Assembly: GCF_900177275.1 (NCBI RefSeq)
Contig: NZ_FXAG01000009.1
Coordinates: forward strand, 36,984 to 68,983
Reading direction: 5' to 3'
From: Pseudogulbenkiania subflava DSM 22618
GTDB taxonomy: Bacteria; Pseudomonadota; Gammaproteobacteria; Burkholderiales; Chromobacteriaceae
Length of the DNA stretch: 32,000 nucleotides
Of this stretch, positions 13,740 through 21,575 are shown piece after piece. The position numbers and the translations under genes were made by a program. Under the pieces are notes generated by a model that did no database searches, was not told the DNA's origin, and saw only the letters and a program-made list of their open reading frames with translations. Every line of letters begins with the position of its first letter. Positions within the stretch are counted from its first letter, which is position 1.

Positions 13740-16589
13740 TTACTGGCAAGCCTCGCAATCCGGGTTGTCGATCGAGCAGAACTTGGCGTCGGTGGCCGGG
13801 GTGTTGTCCACTTCCGGCGCGGCGCTCACGGCTGGGGTGGTGGCCGATACTGCGTTCAGCTCGCCGCCGCGACCGGTCGACTTCTCGGCGCTGGTGGCTG
13901 CCAGGGTGCGCAGATAGTAGGTGGTTTTCAGGCCACGTACCCAGGCGTACTTGTACAGCTCGTCCAGCTTCTTGCCCGAGGCGCCGGCCATGTACAGGTT
14001 CAGCGACTGCGCCTGGTCAATCCACTTCTGGCGGCGGCTGGCGGCGTCCACCAGCCATTTCGGGTCCATCTCGAAGGCGGTGGCGTAGATCGCTTTCAGC
14101 TCGGTCGGGATGCGGTCGATGCGGCCCAGGCTGCCGTCGAAGTATTTCAGGTCCGAGACCATCACTTCATCCCACAGGCCGAGCTTCTTCAGGTCGCGCA
14201 CCAGGTGTTCGTTGGTGACGGTGAATTCGCCCGACAGGTTGGATTTCACGAACAGGTTCTGGTAGGTCGGCTCGATCGAGGCGGACACGCCGATGATGTT
14301 GGCGATGGTCGCGGTCGGGGCGATGGCCAGGCAGTTCGAGTTGCGCATGCCGTGTTCCTTGATGCGCTCGCGCAACGTGTTCCAGTCCAGGCGCTCGGTG
14401 CGGTCCACGTCGAGGTAACCGCCGCGCTCGGCCGCCAGCAGGTTGATGCTGTCGTGCGGCAGCACGCCGCGATCCCACAGGCTGCCCTTGTACGACGGGT
14501 AGCGGCCGCGTTCCTGGGCCAGTTCGCTGGACGCCGAGTAGGCGTGGTAAGCCACCAGTTCCATCGATTCGTCGGCGAACTCGACCGCTTCCTGCGACGC
14601 GTACGGGATGCGCTTCATGTGCAGGCAGTCCTGGAAGCCCATGATGCCCATGCCGACCGGACGGTGCTTCAGGTTGGAGTTGCGCGCCTTCTTCACCGGG
14701 TAGAAGTTGATGTCGATGACGTTGTCCAGCATGCGCATGGCGATGCGAACGGTGCGCTGCAGCTTGGTGCCGTCGAGTGTGCCGTCGGCCTGCATGTGGC
14801 GGGCCAGGTTGACCGAGCCCAGGTTGCACACGGCGATTTCATCGTCGTTGGTGTTCAGCGTGATTTCGGTGCACAGGTTGGAGCTGTGAACCACGCCCAT
14901 GTGGCCTTGCGGACTGCGGATGTTGCACGGGTCCTTGAAGGTGATCCACGGATGGCCGGTTTCGAACAGCATGGTCAGCATCTTGCGCCACAGGCTCAGA
15001 GCCGGGATACGCTTGAACACACGGAGTTCACCGCGCGCAGCCATGGCTTCGTATTCCTGGTAGCGCTTCTCGAAGGCAGCGCCGACCAGGTCGTGCAGGT
15101 CCGGGCACTCGGACGGCGACAGCAGCGTCCACTCGGCACCGTCCATCACGCGCTTCATGAATAGGTCCGGAATCCAGTTGGCGGTGTTCATGTCGTGGGT
15201 GCGGCGGCGGTCGTCACCGGTGTTCTTGCGCAGTTCGACGAACTCTTCGATATCGAGGTGCCAGGTTTCCAGGTAGGCGCATACCGCGCCCTTGCGCTTG
15301 CCGCCCTGGTTGACTGCCACGGCGGTGTCGTTGACCACCTTCAGAAACGGCACCACGCCTTGCGACTTGCCGTTGGTGCCCTTGATGTGCGAGCCCATGG
15401 CGCGCACCGGGGTCCAGTCGTTGCCCAGGCCACCGGCAAACTTGGAGAGCAGGGCGTTTTCCTTGATGCCTTCGTAGATGCCGTCGAGGTCATCGGCGAT
15501 GGTGGTCAGGTAGCAGCTGGAGAGCTGGCTGCGGCGCGTGCCGGAGTTGAACAGCGTCGGGGTGGACGACATGAAGTCGAAGCTCGACAGCACGTTATAG
15601 AACTCGATGGCGCGCGCCTCGCGTTCCACCTCGTTCAGCGCCAGGCCCATGGCGACGCGCATGTAGAAGGCCTGCGGCATCTCGATGCGGGTGCCGTTCA
15701 CGTGCAGGAAGTAGCGGTCGTACAGGGTCTGCAGGCCGAGGTAGCCGAATTGCAGGTCGCGGCTGGCATCGAGTGCGGCGCCCAGTTTTTTCAGGTCGTA
15801 CTCGCCCAGACGCTCGTCCAAGAGTTCGGCGGCGATGCCCTTCTTGATGGCCTGCGGGAAGTAATCGACGTAGCACTGGCCCATTTCTTCCTGGCTCACG
15901 GCTTCGCCGAGGATCTCCAGGCGGATGTTGTTGAGCAGCAGGCGGGCGGTGACGTAGTCGTAGGCCGGGTCCTGCTCGATCATGGCGCGTGCGGCCAGGA
16001 TGGAAGACTTGTTGACCTCTTCTTCGCTGACGCCGTCGTAGATGTTCTTCAGCGTTTCGGTGAGGATGGCGTCGACGTCGGTTTCGGCCAGGCCTACGCA
16101 GGCCGACTCGATGGTGGCGCGCAGCTTGGCGATGTCGAGCGGCAGCTTGGCGCCGTTCTTGCGCACCACGTTGATGGTGATCTGGGTCAGGGCTTCGCCA
16201 CGGGCGGCGCGTTCCTGCGAGCGCTGCTCACGGTACAGCACGTAGGAGCGGGCCACGTCGTGTTCGCCGGCACGCATCAGCGACAGCTCGACCTGGTCCT
16301 GGATGTCTTCGATGTGGATGGCGCCGCCTTCCGGCTTGCGGCGCATCAGCGCGCTGACCACCATCTCGGTCAGCTGGGCCACCTTGTCACGGATGCTGGC
16401 CGAGGTGGCGCCCTGGTGCCCCATGATCGCCAGGAAAGCCTTGGTCATGGCGATGGAGATCTTGACCGGCTCGAACGGTACGACAGCGCCATTGCGGCGG
16501 ATGGTCTTGTACTGGCTGAAGTCGGCTTGCGGTGCGGCGGCTCGGCCGAGTTCGGCGGCAGTTTGCCCTTCAAAGGTGGTCAGTTGCAT
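13740..16589 (-). CDS. nrdA: ribonucleoside-diphosphate reductase class Ia alpha subunit
   Basis: N-terminal ATP-cone region, then the catalytic core with SSCYL, NLCTEI, GLKTTYYLR and the C-terminal CxxC tail (DNPDCEACQ). Start ATG 16589 (MQLTTFEGQ) has AGAGGG 5 nt upstream. The track's longer start at 16679 adds 30 non-conserved-looking residues, has no visible SD and directly abuts the candidate NrdR box (16680-16695). Confidence 0.95.
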   Translation of the reverse strand: MQLTTFEGQTAAELGRAAAPQADFSQYKTIRRNGAVVPFEPVKISIAMTKAFLAIMGHQGATSASIRDKVAQLTEMVVSALMRRKPEGGAIHIEDIQDQVELSLMRAGEHDVARSYVLYREQRSQERAARGEALTQITINVVRKNGAKLPLDIAKLRATIESACVGLAETDVDAILTETLKNIYDGVSEEEVNKSSILAARAMIEQDPAYDYVTARLLLNNIRLEILGEAVSQEEMGQCYVDYFPQAIKKGIAAELLDERLGEYDLKKLGAALDASRDLQFGYLGLQTLYDRYFLHVNGTRIEMPQAFYMRVAMGLALNEVEREARAIEFYNVLSSFDFMSSTPTLFNSGTRRSQLSSCYLTTIADDLDGIYEGIKENALLSKFAGGLGNDWTPVRAMGSHIKGTNGKSQGVVPFLKVVNDTAVAVNQGGKRKGAVCAYLETWHLDIEEFVELRKNTGDDRRRTHDMNTANWIPDLFMKRVMDGAEWTLLSPSECPDLHDLVGAAFEKRYQEYEAMAARGELRVFKRIPALSLWRKMLTMLFETGHPWITFKDPCNIRSPQGHMGVVHSSNLCTEITLNTNDDEIAVCNLGSVNLARHMQADGTLDGTKLQRTVRIAMRMLDNVIDINFYPVKKARNSNLKHRPVGMGIMGFQDCLHMKRIPYASQEAVEFADESMELVAYHAYSASSELAQERGRYPSYKGSLWDRGVLPHDSINLLAAERGGYLDVDRTERLDWNTLRERIKEHGMRNSNCLAIAPTATIANIIGVSASIEPTYQNLFVKSNLSGEFTVTNEHLVRDLKKLGLWDEVMVSDLKYFDGSLGRIDRIPTELKAIYATAFEMDPKWLVDAASRRQKWIDQAQSLNLYMAGASGKKLDELYKYAWVRGLKTTYYLRTLAATSAEKSTGRGGELNAVSATTPAVSAAPEVDNTPATDAKFCSIDNPDCEACQ

Positions 16590-16679
16590 GGGGCCCTCTT
16601 GCTTTGGGTGGTGGATTGTCAGCGGGATGAAACCGCTGTGGACAAGTCTGTTGAAAAGCTGTGTGTTAGCTGTGGGCAA

Positions 16680-16726
16680 ACACTATATGTATTGTTGTGC
16701 TGCGGAACAGGCCCAAATTCTAGTGG
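16680..16726 (-). promoter_or_regulatory. candidate tandem NrdR boxes overlapping a putative nrdA promoter
   Basis: Box 1 acactatatgtattgt (16680-16695) matches 14/16 to the NrdR palindrome as I recall it (acaCwAtATaTwGtgt). Box 2 gcccaaattctagtgg (16711-16726) matches about 10/16, exactly 31 bp away, which is the typical tandem spacing. Box 2 overlaps a minus-strand TAGAAT -10 (16717-16722). Confidence 0.45.
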
Positions 16727-16942
16727 TGAGTGAGCGACAGAACAAGTCTTGACAGCGCGCTGGAAAACGGAAATCCGCGTGGTTATTGGCTTTGCGGCCC
16801 ACTTCCCGTTTTCGGTGCTTGCCGTGCTATTGCGGTGCGACAGGCTACAAGCCCCGTATTACAAGGAACAGGGCGCTGGCAACAAAACAACACCAGATGT
16901 AGTAGGCATGGCGTGTGGCGGCGATGCTACGCCGCAGGCATG

Positions 16943-16966
16943 AAAAAACCGCCACGGTGGGCGGTT
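16943..16966 (-). terminator. Rho-independent terminator downstream of pgeF
   Basis: On the minus strand, aaccgcc-caccgt-ggcggtt is followed by TTTTTT (plus-strand A-run 16943-16948), 23 nt after the pgeF stop. Confidence 0.75.
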
Positions 16967-16988
16967 CGTGTCGGAGCAACCCTGGTGG

Positions 16989-17732
16989 TCAGGGTTCGAT
17001 CCAGATCAGGCTGGCCATGCGTCCGGTGGTGCGGTCGCGGCGGTAGGAGAAGAAGCGCTCGCGGTCGATCACGGTGCAGAAATCGCCACCGTAAACCTCG
17101 TTGATGCCGAGGGCGGCGAGCCGCTGTCGTGCCAGCGCGTAGATATCGGCCAGGAACTTGCCTTCGCCGATGTCGGTGAAGGCTTGGGCGGCGGCGGGAT
17201 CGTGTGCCATGAAGGCGGCACGCACTTCGGCGCCGACTTCGAAAGCATCTGGGCCGATGGCCGGGCCGAGCCAGGCCATGAGATTGGCCGCCGGCTCGTT
17301 CATTGCGTTCACCGTGGCCTCGATCACGCCGTCGCACAGCCCGCGCCAGCCAGCATGGGCGGCGCCGACCACGCTGCCGTCACGGCTGGTGAGCAGCACC
17401 GGCAGACAGTCGGCGGTCATGATCACGCACACGGTGTCCGGCGTGCGGCTAAAGCTGGCATCGGCCTCTACCGGGGTCTCCGCCACCTGCGCTGCGTCCA
17501 CCACGCAGGTGCCGTGCACCTGGCTGAGCCAAGCCGGTTCTTCCGGCACGAAGCGGCGCAGCGTCTCGCGGTTGAGCGAGACGTGCTCCGGCAGATCGCC
17601 AACGTGGGTGCCGAGGTTGAAGCTGTCGTAGGGAGCTTCGCTGACGCCGCCCTTGCGGGTGGTGGTCAGCGTCTTGACCTTGGCCGGCGCCGGCCAGTCT
17701 GCCGTCAGCCAGTCGGGGTTAGTCGCGAACAT
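16989..17732 (-). CDS. pgeF: YfiH/PgeF-family purine nucleoside phosphorylase / peptidoglycan editing factor (laccase-domain protein)
   Basis: Collinear with E. coli YfiH: TTRKGGVSEAPYDSFNLGTHVGD, VCVIMTADCLPVL, AAHAGWRGL, LGPAIGPDAFEVG, FFSYRRD..TGRMASLIW. ATG 17732 (MFATNPDW) aligns best. The alternative ATG is 17747. Confidence 0.85.
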   Translation of the reverse strand: MFATNPDWLTADWPAPAKVKTLTTTRKGGVSEAPYDSFNLGTHVGDLPEHVSLNRETLRRFVPEEPAWLSQVHGTCVVDAAQVAETPVEADASFSRTPDTVCVIMTADCLPVLLTSRDGSVVGAAHAGWRGLCDGVIEATVNAMNEPAANLMAWLGPAIGPDAFEVGAEVRAAFMAHDPAAAQAFTDIGEGKFLADIYALARQRLAALGINEVYGGDFCTVIDRERFFSYRRDRTTGRMASLIWIEP

Positions 17733-18807
17733 ACAGCACCTCGACATCGTAGTCGTCGTCGTCCCAGTCCTCGTCGTCCTCGTCGAGGTCTCCGTGATCG
17801 GCCATTTCCTGGGGCTGGCCTTCGCCGCCCAGTACCGCGAGCAGGTGTTTCATGTCGTCCGGCAGCTTGGCCTTCCAGGTCATTTCCTGGCCGGTGGCCG
17901 GGTGAGTCAGGGTCAGGCTGTAGGCGTGCAACGCCTGGCGGCCGAGCGCCTTGACAGCCTCTTCGACCTCGTCCGGCATGGTGTGGCGCGGGTTGCCATA
18001 GAGCGGGTCGCCGGCCAGCGGGTGGCGCGCTTCGCGCATGTGCACGCGGATCTGGTGGGTGCGGCCGGTTTCCAGGCGGCACTCGATATACGAGTGGCTG
18101 GGGAAGGTGGCCAGCACGCGCACGTGGGTGATGGCCTGCTTGCCGCCGAATTTCACCACGGCCATGCGCATGCGGTTGTGCGGATCGCGCCCGATCAGGG
18201 TTTCGATCTTGCCGTCGAACGGCACCACGCCGTCCGCGATGGCCCGGTAGATGCGTTTGACGCTGCGCGCCTGCATCTGGCGCACCAGCTCGGTCTGCGC
18301 CGGGATGGTCTTGGCCACCACCATCAGGCCGCTGGTTTCCTTGTCGAGCCGGTGCACGATGCCGGCGCGCGGCACGTGGGTCAGGGCAGGGCAGTGATGT
18401 AGCAGACCGTTGAGCAGCGTGCCGGTCCAGTTGCCGGCCGCCGGGTGCACCACCATGCCGGCAGGCTTGTTGATGATGATGATGTGATCGTCTTCGTAGA
18501 CGATGGGCAGTTCCATCGCCTCCGGATGGTAGGCGAGCTGTTCTTCGGTTTGCTGGACAGCGACATCGATGTGCTCGCCGCCCAAGAGTTTGGTTTTTGG
18601 GACGGCAGGCTTGCCGTCCAGCAAGACGTGGCCATCCTTGACCCACTGGGTCAGGCGGCTACGTGAGTAATCCGGGAGGAGTTTAGCCAGCGCCGCGTCG
18701 AGCCGTTCGCCTGCCAGAGACAGGGGAACGTCGAACTGTTGCGTCGCGGATACCTCGTTTTCAGAGATATCGCTATAATCCTCGGAGTCAAAGTAAGGAT
18801 CGGTCAT
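17719..18807 (-). CDS. rluD: 23S rRNA pseudouridine synthase RluD
   Basis: S4 domain (RLDAALAKLLPDYSRSRLTQWV) followed by HRLDKETSGLMVVAKT, GRTHQIRVHM and QALHAY. There is no in-frame alternative start between ATG 18807 and the conserved core. An upstream ATG at 18864 is also possible. Confidence 0.9.
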   Translation of the reverse strand: MTDPYFDSEDYSDISENEVSATQQFDVPLSLAGERLDAALAKLLPDYSRSRLTQWVKDGHVLLDGKPAVPKTKLLGGEHIDVAVQQTEEQLAYHPEAMELPIVYEDDHIIIINKPAGMVVHPAAGNWTGTLLNGLLHHCPALTHVPRAGIVHRLDKETSGLMVVAKTIPAQTELVRQMQARSVKRIYRAIADGVVPFDGKIETLIGRDPHNRMRMAVVKFGGKQAITHVRVLATFPSHSYIECRLETGRTHQIRVHMREARHPLAGDPLYGNPRHTMPDEVEEAVKALGRQALHAYSLTLTHPATGQEMTWKAKLPDDMKHLLAVLGGEGQPQEMADHGDLDEDDEDWDDDDYDVEVLYVRD

Positions 18808-19597
18808 GAAAAGATACGTTGCAGCAATGTTGGTGGCGCTTAGCCTCGCCGGGTGTGCTTCCAATGAGCCGTATGATGAAACACGCAGTTGGACCGTTGA
18901 AAAACTCTACGCCGAGGCAAGGGACGAGTTGAACAGCGGTAATTATACCCGTGCTGTCAAACTCTACGAAACGCTAGAGGCCCGTTTCCCTTACGGACGT
19001 TATGCCCAGCAGTCGGAAATGGACCTGGCCTACACCCATTACAAGGACAATGAACCGGAACTGGCCATTGCCGCGGCCGACCGCTTCATCAAGCTGCACC
19101 CGACACACCCCAACCTCGACTATGTGCTCTACCTGAAGGGTCTGGTGTACTACAATGACGATTCCGGCCTGCTGGCCAAGTGGGCCGGCCAGGACATGAG
19201 CGAGCGTGATCCGCGCGCGACGCGCGAAGCGTTTCTGGCGTTCCGCGAGCTGACCAGCCGCTTCCCCAACAGTCAGTACTCGGCCGACGCCGCCGAGAAA
19301 ATGAACAAGCTGATCAAGGCACTGGGTGGGCACGAAATGCACGTGGCTCGCTATTACATGAAGCGTGGCGCCTACCTCGCCGCAGCCGGCCGCGCGCAGA
19401 ACGTGGTAAAGGAATACGCCAACACCGGTTATCTGGAAGAGGCCCTGGCGCTGACCGTAACGGCCTACGACAAATTGGGCGTGCCGCAACTGCGTGACGA
19501 TGCCCGGCGCGTACTGGAACTCAACTATCCCAAGAGCCAGTACCTTGCCAACGGTTGGCAGACGGAAGAAATGCCGTGGTGGAAGTTCTGGAAATAA
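18806..19597 (+). CDS. bamD: outer membrane protein assembly factor BamD (YfiO)
   Basis: Lipoprotein signal MKRYVAAMLVALSLAGC. TPR-like content includes YTRAVKLYETLEARFPYGRYAQQSEMDLAYTHYK, HPTHPNLDYVLYLKG and MHVARYYMKRGAYLAA. AAGGA lies 6 nt upstream. It is divergent from rluD, as in many proteobacteria. Confidence 0.9.
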   Translation: MKRYVAAMLVALSLAGCASNEPYDETRSWTVEKLYAEARDELNSGNYTRAVKLYETLEARFPYGRYAQQSEMDLAYTHYKDNEPELAIAAADRFIKLHPTHPNLDYVLYLKGLVYYNDDSGLLAKWAGQDMSERDPRATREAFLAFRELTSRFPNSQYSADAAEKMNKLIKALGGHEMHVARYYMKRGAYLAAAGRAQNVVKEYANTGYLEEALALTVTAYDKLGVPQLRDDARRVLELNYPKSQYLANGWQTEEMPWWKFWK

Positions 19598-19626
19598 TCC
19601 GGTTCGGCCGTTTTGGTTAAAGAGGA

Positions 19627-19654
19627 CGGGTCGCAACAGCGACCCGCTTTTTTT
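19627..19654 (+). terminator. Rho-independent terminator of bamD
   Basis: cgggtcgc-aaca-gcgacccg (19627-19646) followed by cTTTTTTT (to 19654). Confidence 0.85.
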
Positions 19655-19790
19655 GCGCCATGACGCGGCGGGTGGCCGCCAGAGGGAGGGCGTGCTGCCT
19701 GGACTTGAGAGGGCGCTACGGGTGGGTGCAGACTGAAAGGTGGGGCCAGGCGCGGGCTTGGTTGGTAGCGGGCAACGAGTTGGGATGGAC

Positions 19791-19819
19791 AAAAAAAACG
19801 GGTCGCATCAGCGACCCGT
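19791..19819 (-). terminator. Rho-independent terminator of the pga operon
   Basis: acgggtcgc-atca-gcgacccgt (19798-19819) is preceded by an A8 run (19791-19798), which is a T8 tail on the minus strand, 22 nt after the pgaD stop. The stem is nearly identical to that of the bamD terminator. Confidence 0.85.
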
Positions 19820-19840
19820 TCTGTTTTCCAGCCTTCTGTC

Positions 19841-20275
19841 TTAGGCTTTCGGTTCGATGCCGATGATCTTGCCATGGCTGTCGTGGTGGACCACGCAGAC
19901 CGAAGCGGAGCGACCGGCCAGGATTTGCTGTTCGCCCATGCCGAAGTGGTTGGCGTAGCTTTCTAGCGTTTCCTGCTGGTGGGCAGTGGCCTTCGGCTTG
20001 CGGGAAGGCAGTTGCGACCACAGCAGCAGGGTGCCGGAGGTACCCAGCAATGCCACGACCGAATTCTCCAGCGAACCCGACGACCCGGTGCTCAGCGTCT
20101 TGGCCAGCAGCTGCTGGTAGCTGGCGCCCCAGCTGGTGAGCCAGTTGGCGCCATTGACGATGGGGCGCCACAGGTACAGCCAGCCTGCCCATGCCGCCGC
20201 GGTGGAGGCATTGGACAGCAAGCGCTGATGCCAGCGCAGGTGATGACGGGCGTTGATGATCAGGTTGTCAGGCAT
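19841..20275 (-). CDS. pgaD: poly-beta-1,6-N-acetyl-D-glucosamine biosynthesis protein PgaD
   Basis: Small two-TM-like protein directly downstream of pgaC (MPDNLIINARHHLRWHQRLLSNASTAAAWAGWLYLW). ATG 20275 has AAGAGGA upstream. The track start at 20332 would overlap pgaC. Confidence 0.75.
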   Translation of the reverse strand: MPDNLIINARHHLRWHQRLLSNASTAAAWAGWLYLWRPIVNGANWLTSWGASYQQLLAKTLSTGSSGSLENSVVALLGTSGTLLLWSQLPSRKPKATAHQQETLESYANHFGMGEQQILAGRSASVCVVHHDSHGKIIGIEPKA

Positions 20276-20298
20276 GGAGAATCCTCTTTTCGATTCGA

Positions 20299-21567
20299 TC
20301 AGGCGCGAATGCCGCGGTCCGGGCTTACCCACCGGGCACGTTTACCTTCACCACGCAGCAGTACCTTGGGGAAGGCAACAATGGTTGAACCAATGTTAAT
20401 GATCCAGAACACCAAAGGATACCAGATCATCCAGTAATAGTTGCGTCCCAGCCCTCTGTCGTAGTGGCTATCGAGCCACTTACTGACGGCAAATTGCAAC
20501 AGACAGGTGGCACCCAGGATCACGCCGCTCCATTGGGGAATCAGCGGCGATCCAACATGGGGCAGCCAACCGGATGGCAGCAACAAACCGGCGGCCCAGA
20601 TGATCACCAGAAGCAGCATTACGTAGGACCAGAACAGACTCAGGCATAGTTCGAGCATCAATGGCCACAAATAGTTCTGGCTCGGGTGGCGAATGACATC
20701 GAGGTTCTTCAGCAAGACCTGGGCACCGCCCATGGCCCAGCGCAGGCGCTGTTTCCAGAGGCCCTTCAGTGTTTCCGGCATCAGGATCCACACCAGGGCA
20801 TTGGGTTCGAAGCGCACGTCCCAGCCATCGCGCTGCAGCTTCCAGGTAATGTCGATGTCCTCGGTCAGCATGTCGGCACTCCAGTAGCCCACCTGGTGCA
20901 CGGCCGACTTGCGGAAGGCCGTGATCACGCCGGACACGGTGAACAGGCGGCCGAAACTGCGTTGGGCACGCTTGATCATGCCGACGATGGAGGAGAACTC
21001 GCCAACCTGCACTCGTCCAAGCAGCGTGGAACGATTGCGAATGCGAGGGTTGCCCGTAACGGCGGCGACTTCCGGGTCCTGCACGAAGTGACGCACCATC
21101 CAGTGCGCGGCATTGCGGTCGAGGAGGGCGTCGCCGTCGATGCAGATCAGGATTTCATGCTTGGCGAGCAGGCTGCCGGCCTGCAGTGCCATGGCCTTGC
21201 CCTGGTTCTGTGCCAGGTGCACCACACGCAGGTGGCCGTACTTGGCGGCCAGGCGGTCCAGTACTTCAGCGGTGTTGTCCTTGCTGCCATCGTTGATGGC
21301 GATCACCTCGAAGTCAGGGTAGTCGGTCGCCAGGGCGTGGCTGATGGTTTCCTCTGCGTTATCCCCCTCGTTGAAACAGGGGATGAGGATGCTGACCGGC
21401 GGCGTGTCCGGCAAGGGGGTGGGCTGGGTGTACGGACCATCCTTGCGTTCATGGCGCCAGTAAAACAGCGCGGCGCCGATCATCCACAAATAGGACATGA
21501 ACAGCGGGTAGTAAAACACGAAACCCAGCAGTCCCTGCCATAGTGTTTTCAGTAATGCAATAACCAT
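20299..21567 (-). CDS. pgaC: poly-beta-1,6-N-acetyl-D-glucosamine synthase (GT2 family)
   Basis: VSILIPCFNEG, AINDGSKDNT, CIDGDA, GNPRIRN and QRLRWAMGG (QxxRW) are GT2 processive synthase motifs. The gene is flanked by pgaB and pgaD. Confidence 0.92.
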   Translation of the reverse strand: MVIALLKTLWQGLLGFVFYYPLFMSYLWMIGAALFYWRHERKDGPYTQPTPLPDTPPVSILIPCFNEGDNAEETISHALATDYPDFEVIAINDGSKDNTAEVLDRLAAKYGHLRVVHLAQNQGKAMALQAGSLLAKHEILICIDGDALLDRNAAHWMVRHFVQDPEVAAVTGNPRIRNRSTLLGRVQVGEFSSIVGMIKRAQRSFGRLFTVSGVITAFRKSAVHQVGYWSADMLTEDIDITWKLQRDGWDVRFEPNALVWILMPETLKGLWKQRLRWAMGGAQVLLKNLDVIRHPSQNYLWPLMLELCLSLFWSYVMLLLVIIWAAGLLLPSGWLPHVGSPLIPQWSGVILGATCLLQFAVSKWLDSHYDRGLGRNYYWMIWYPLVFWIINIGSTIVAFPKVLLRGEGKRARWVSPDRGIRA

Positions 21568-21575
21568 CAGTCTGC

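Noticed and set aside
13559-14218. A 219-aa plus-strand ORF spanning the nrdA 3' end and the REP hairpins.
   Set aside because: It is antisense to nrdA and runs through repeat hairpins. The translation is Arg/Pro/Gly/Ser-rich and low-complexity.
16590-16679. The longer nrdA start given by the ORF track (ATG 16679, adding MPTANTQLFNRLVHSGFIPLTIHHPKQEGP).
   Set aside because: No SD is present. The extension has no RNR-like sequence and directly abuts the candidate NrdR operator. ATG 16589 has a good SD.
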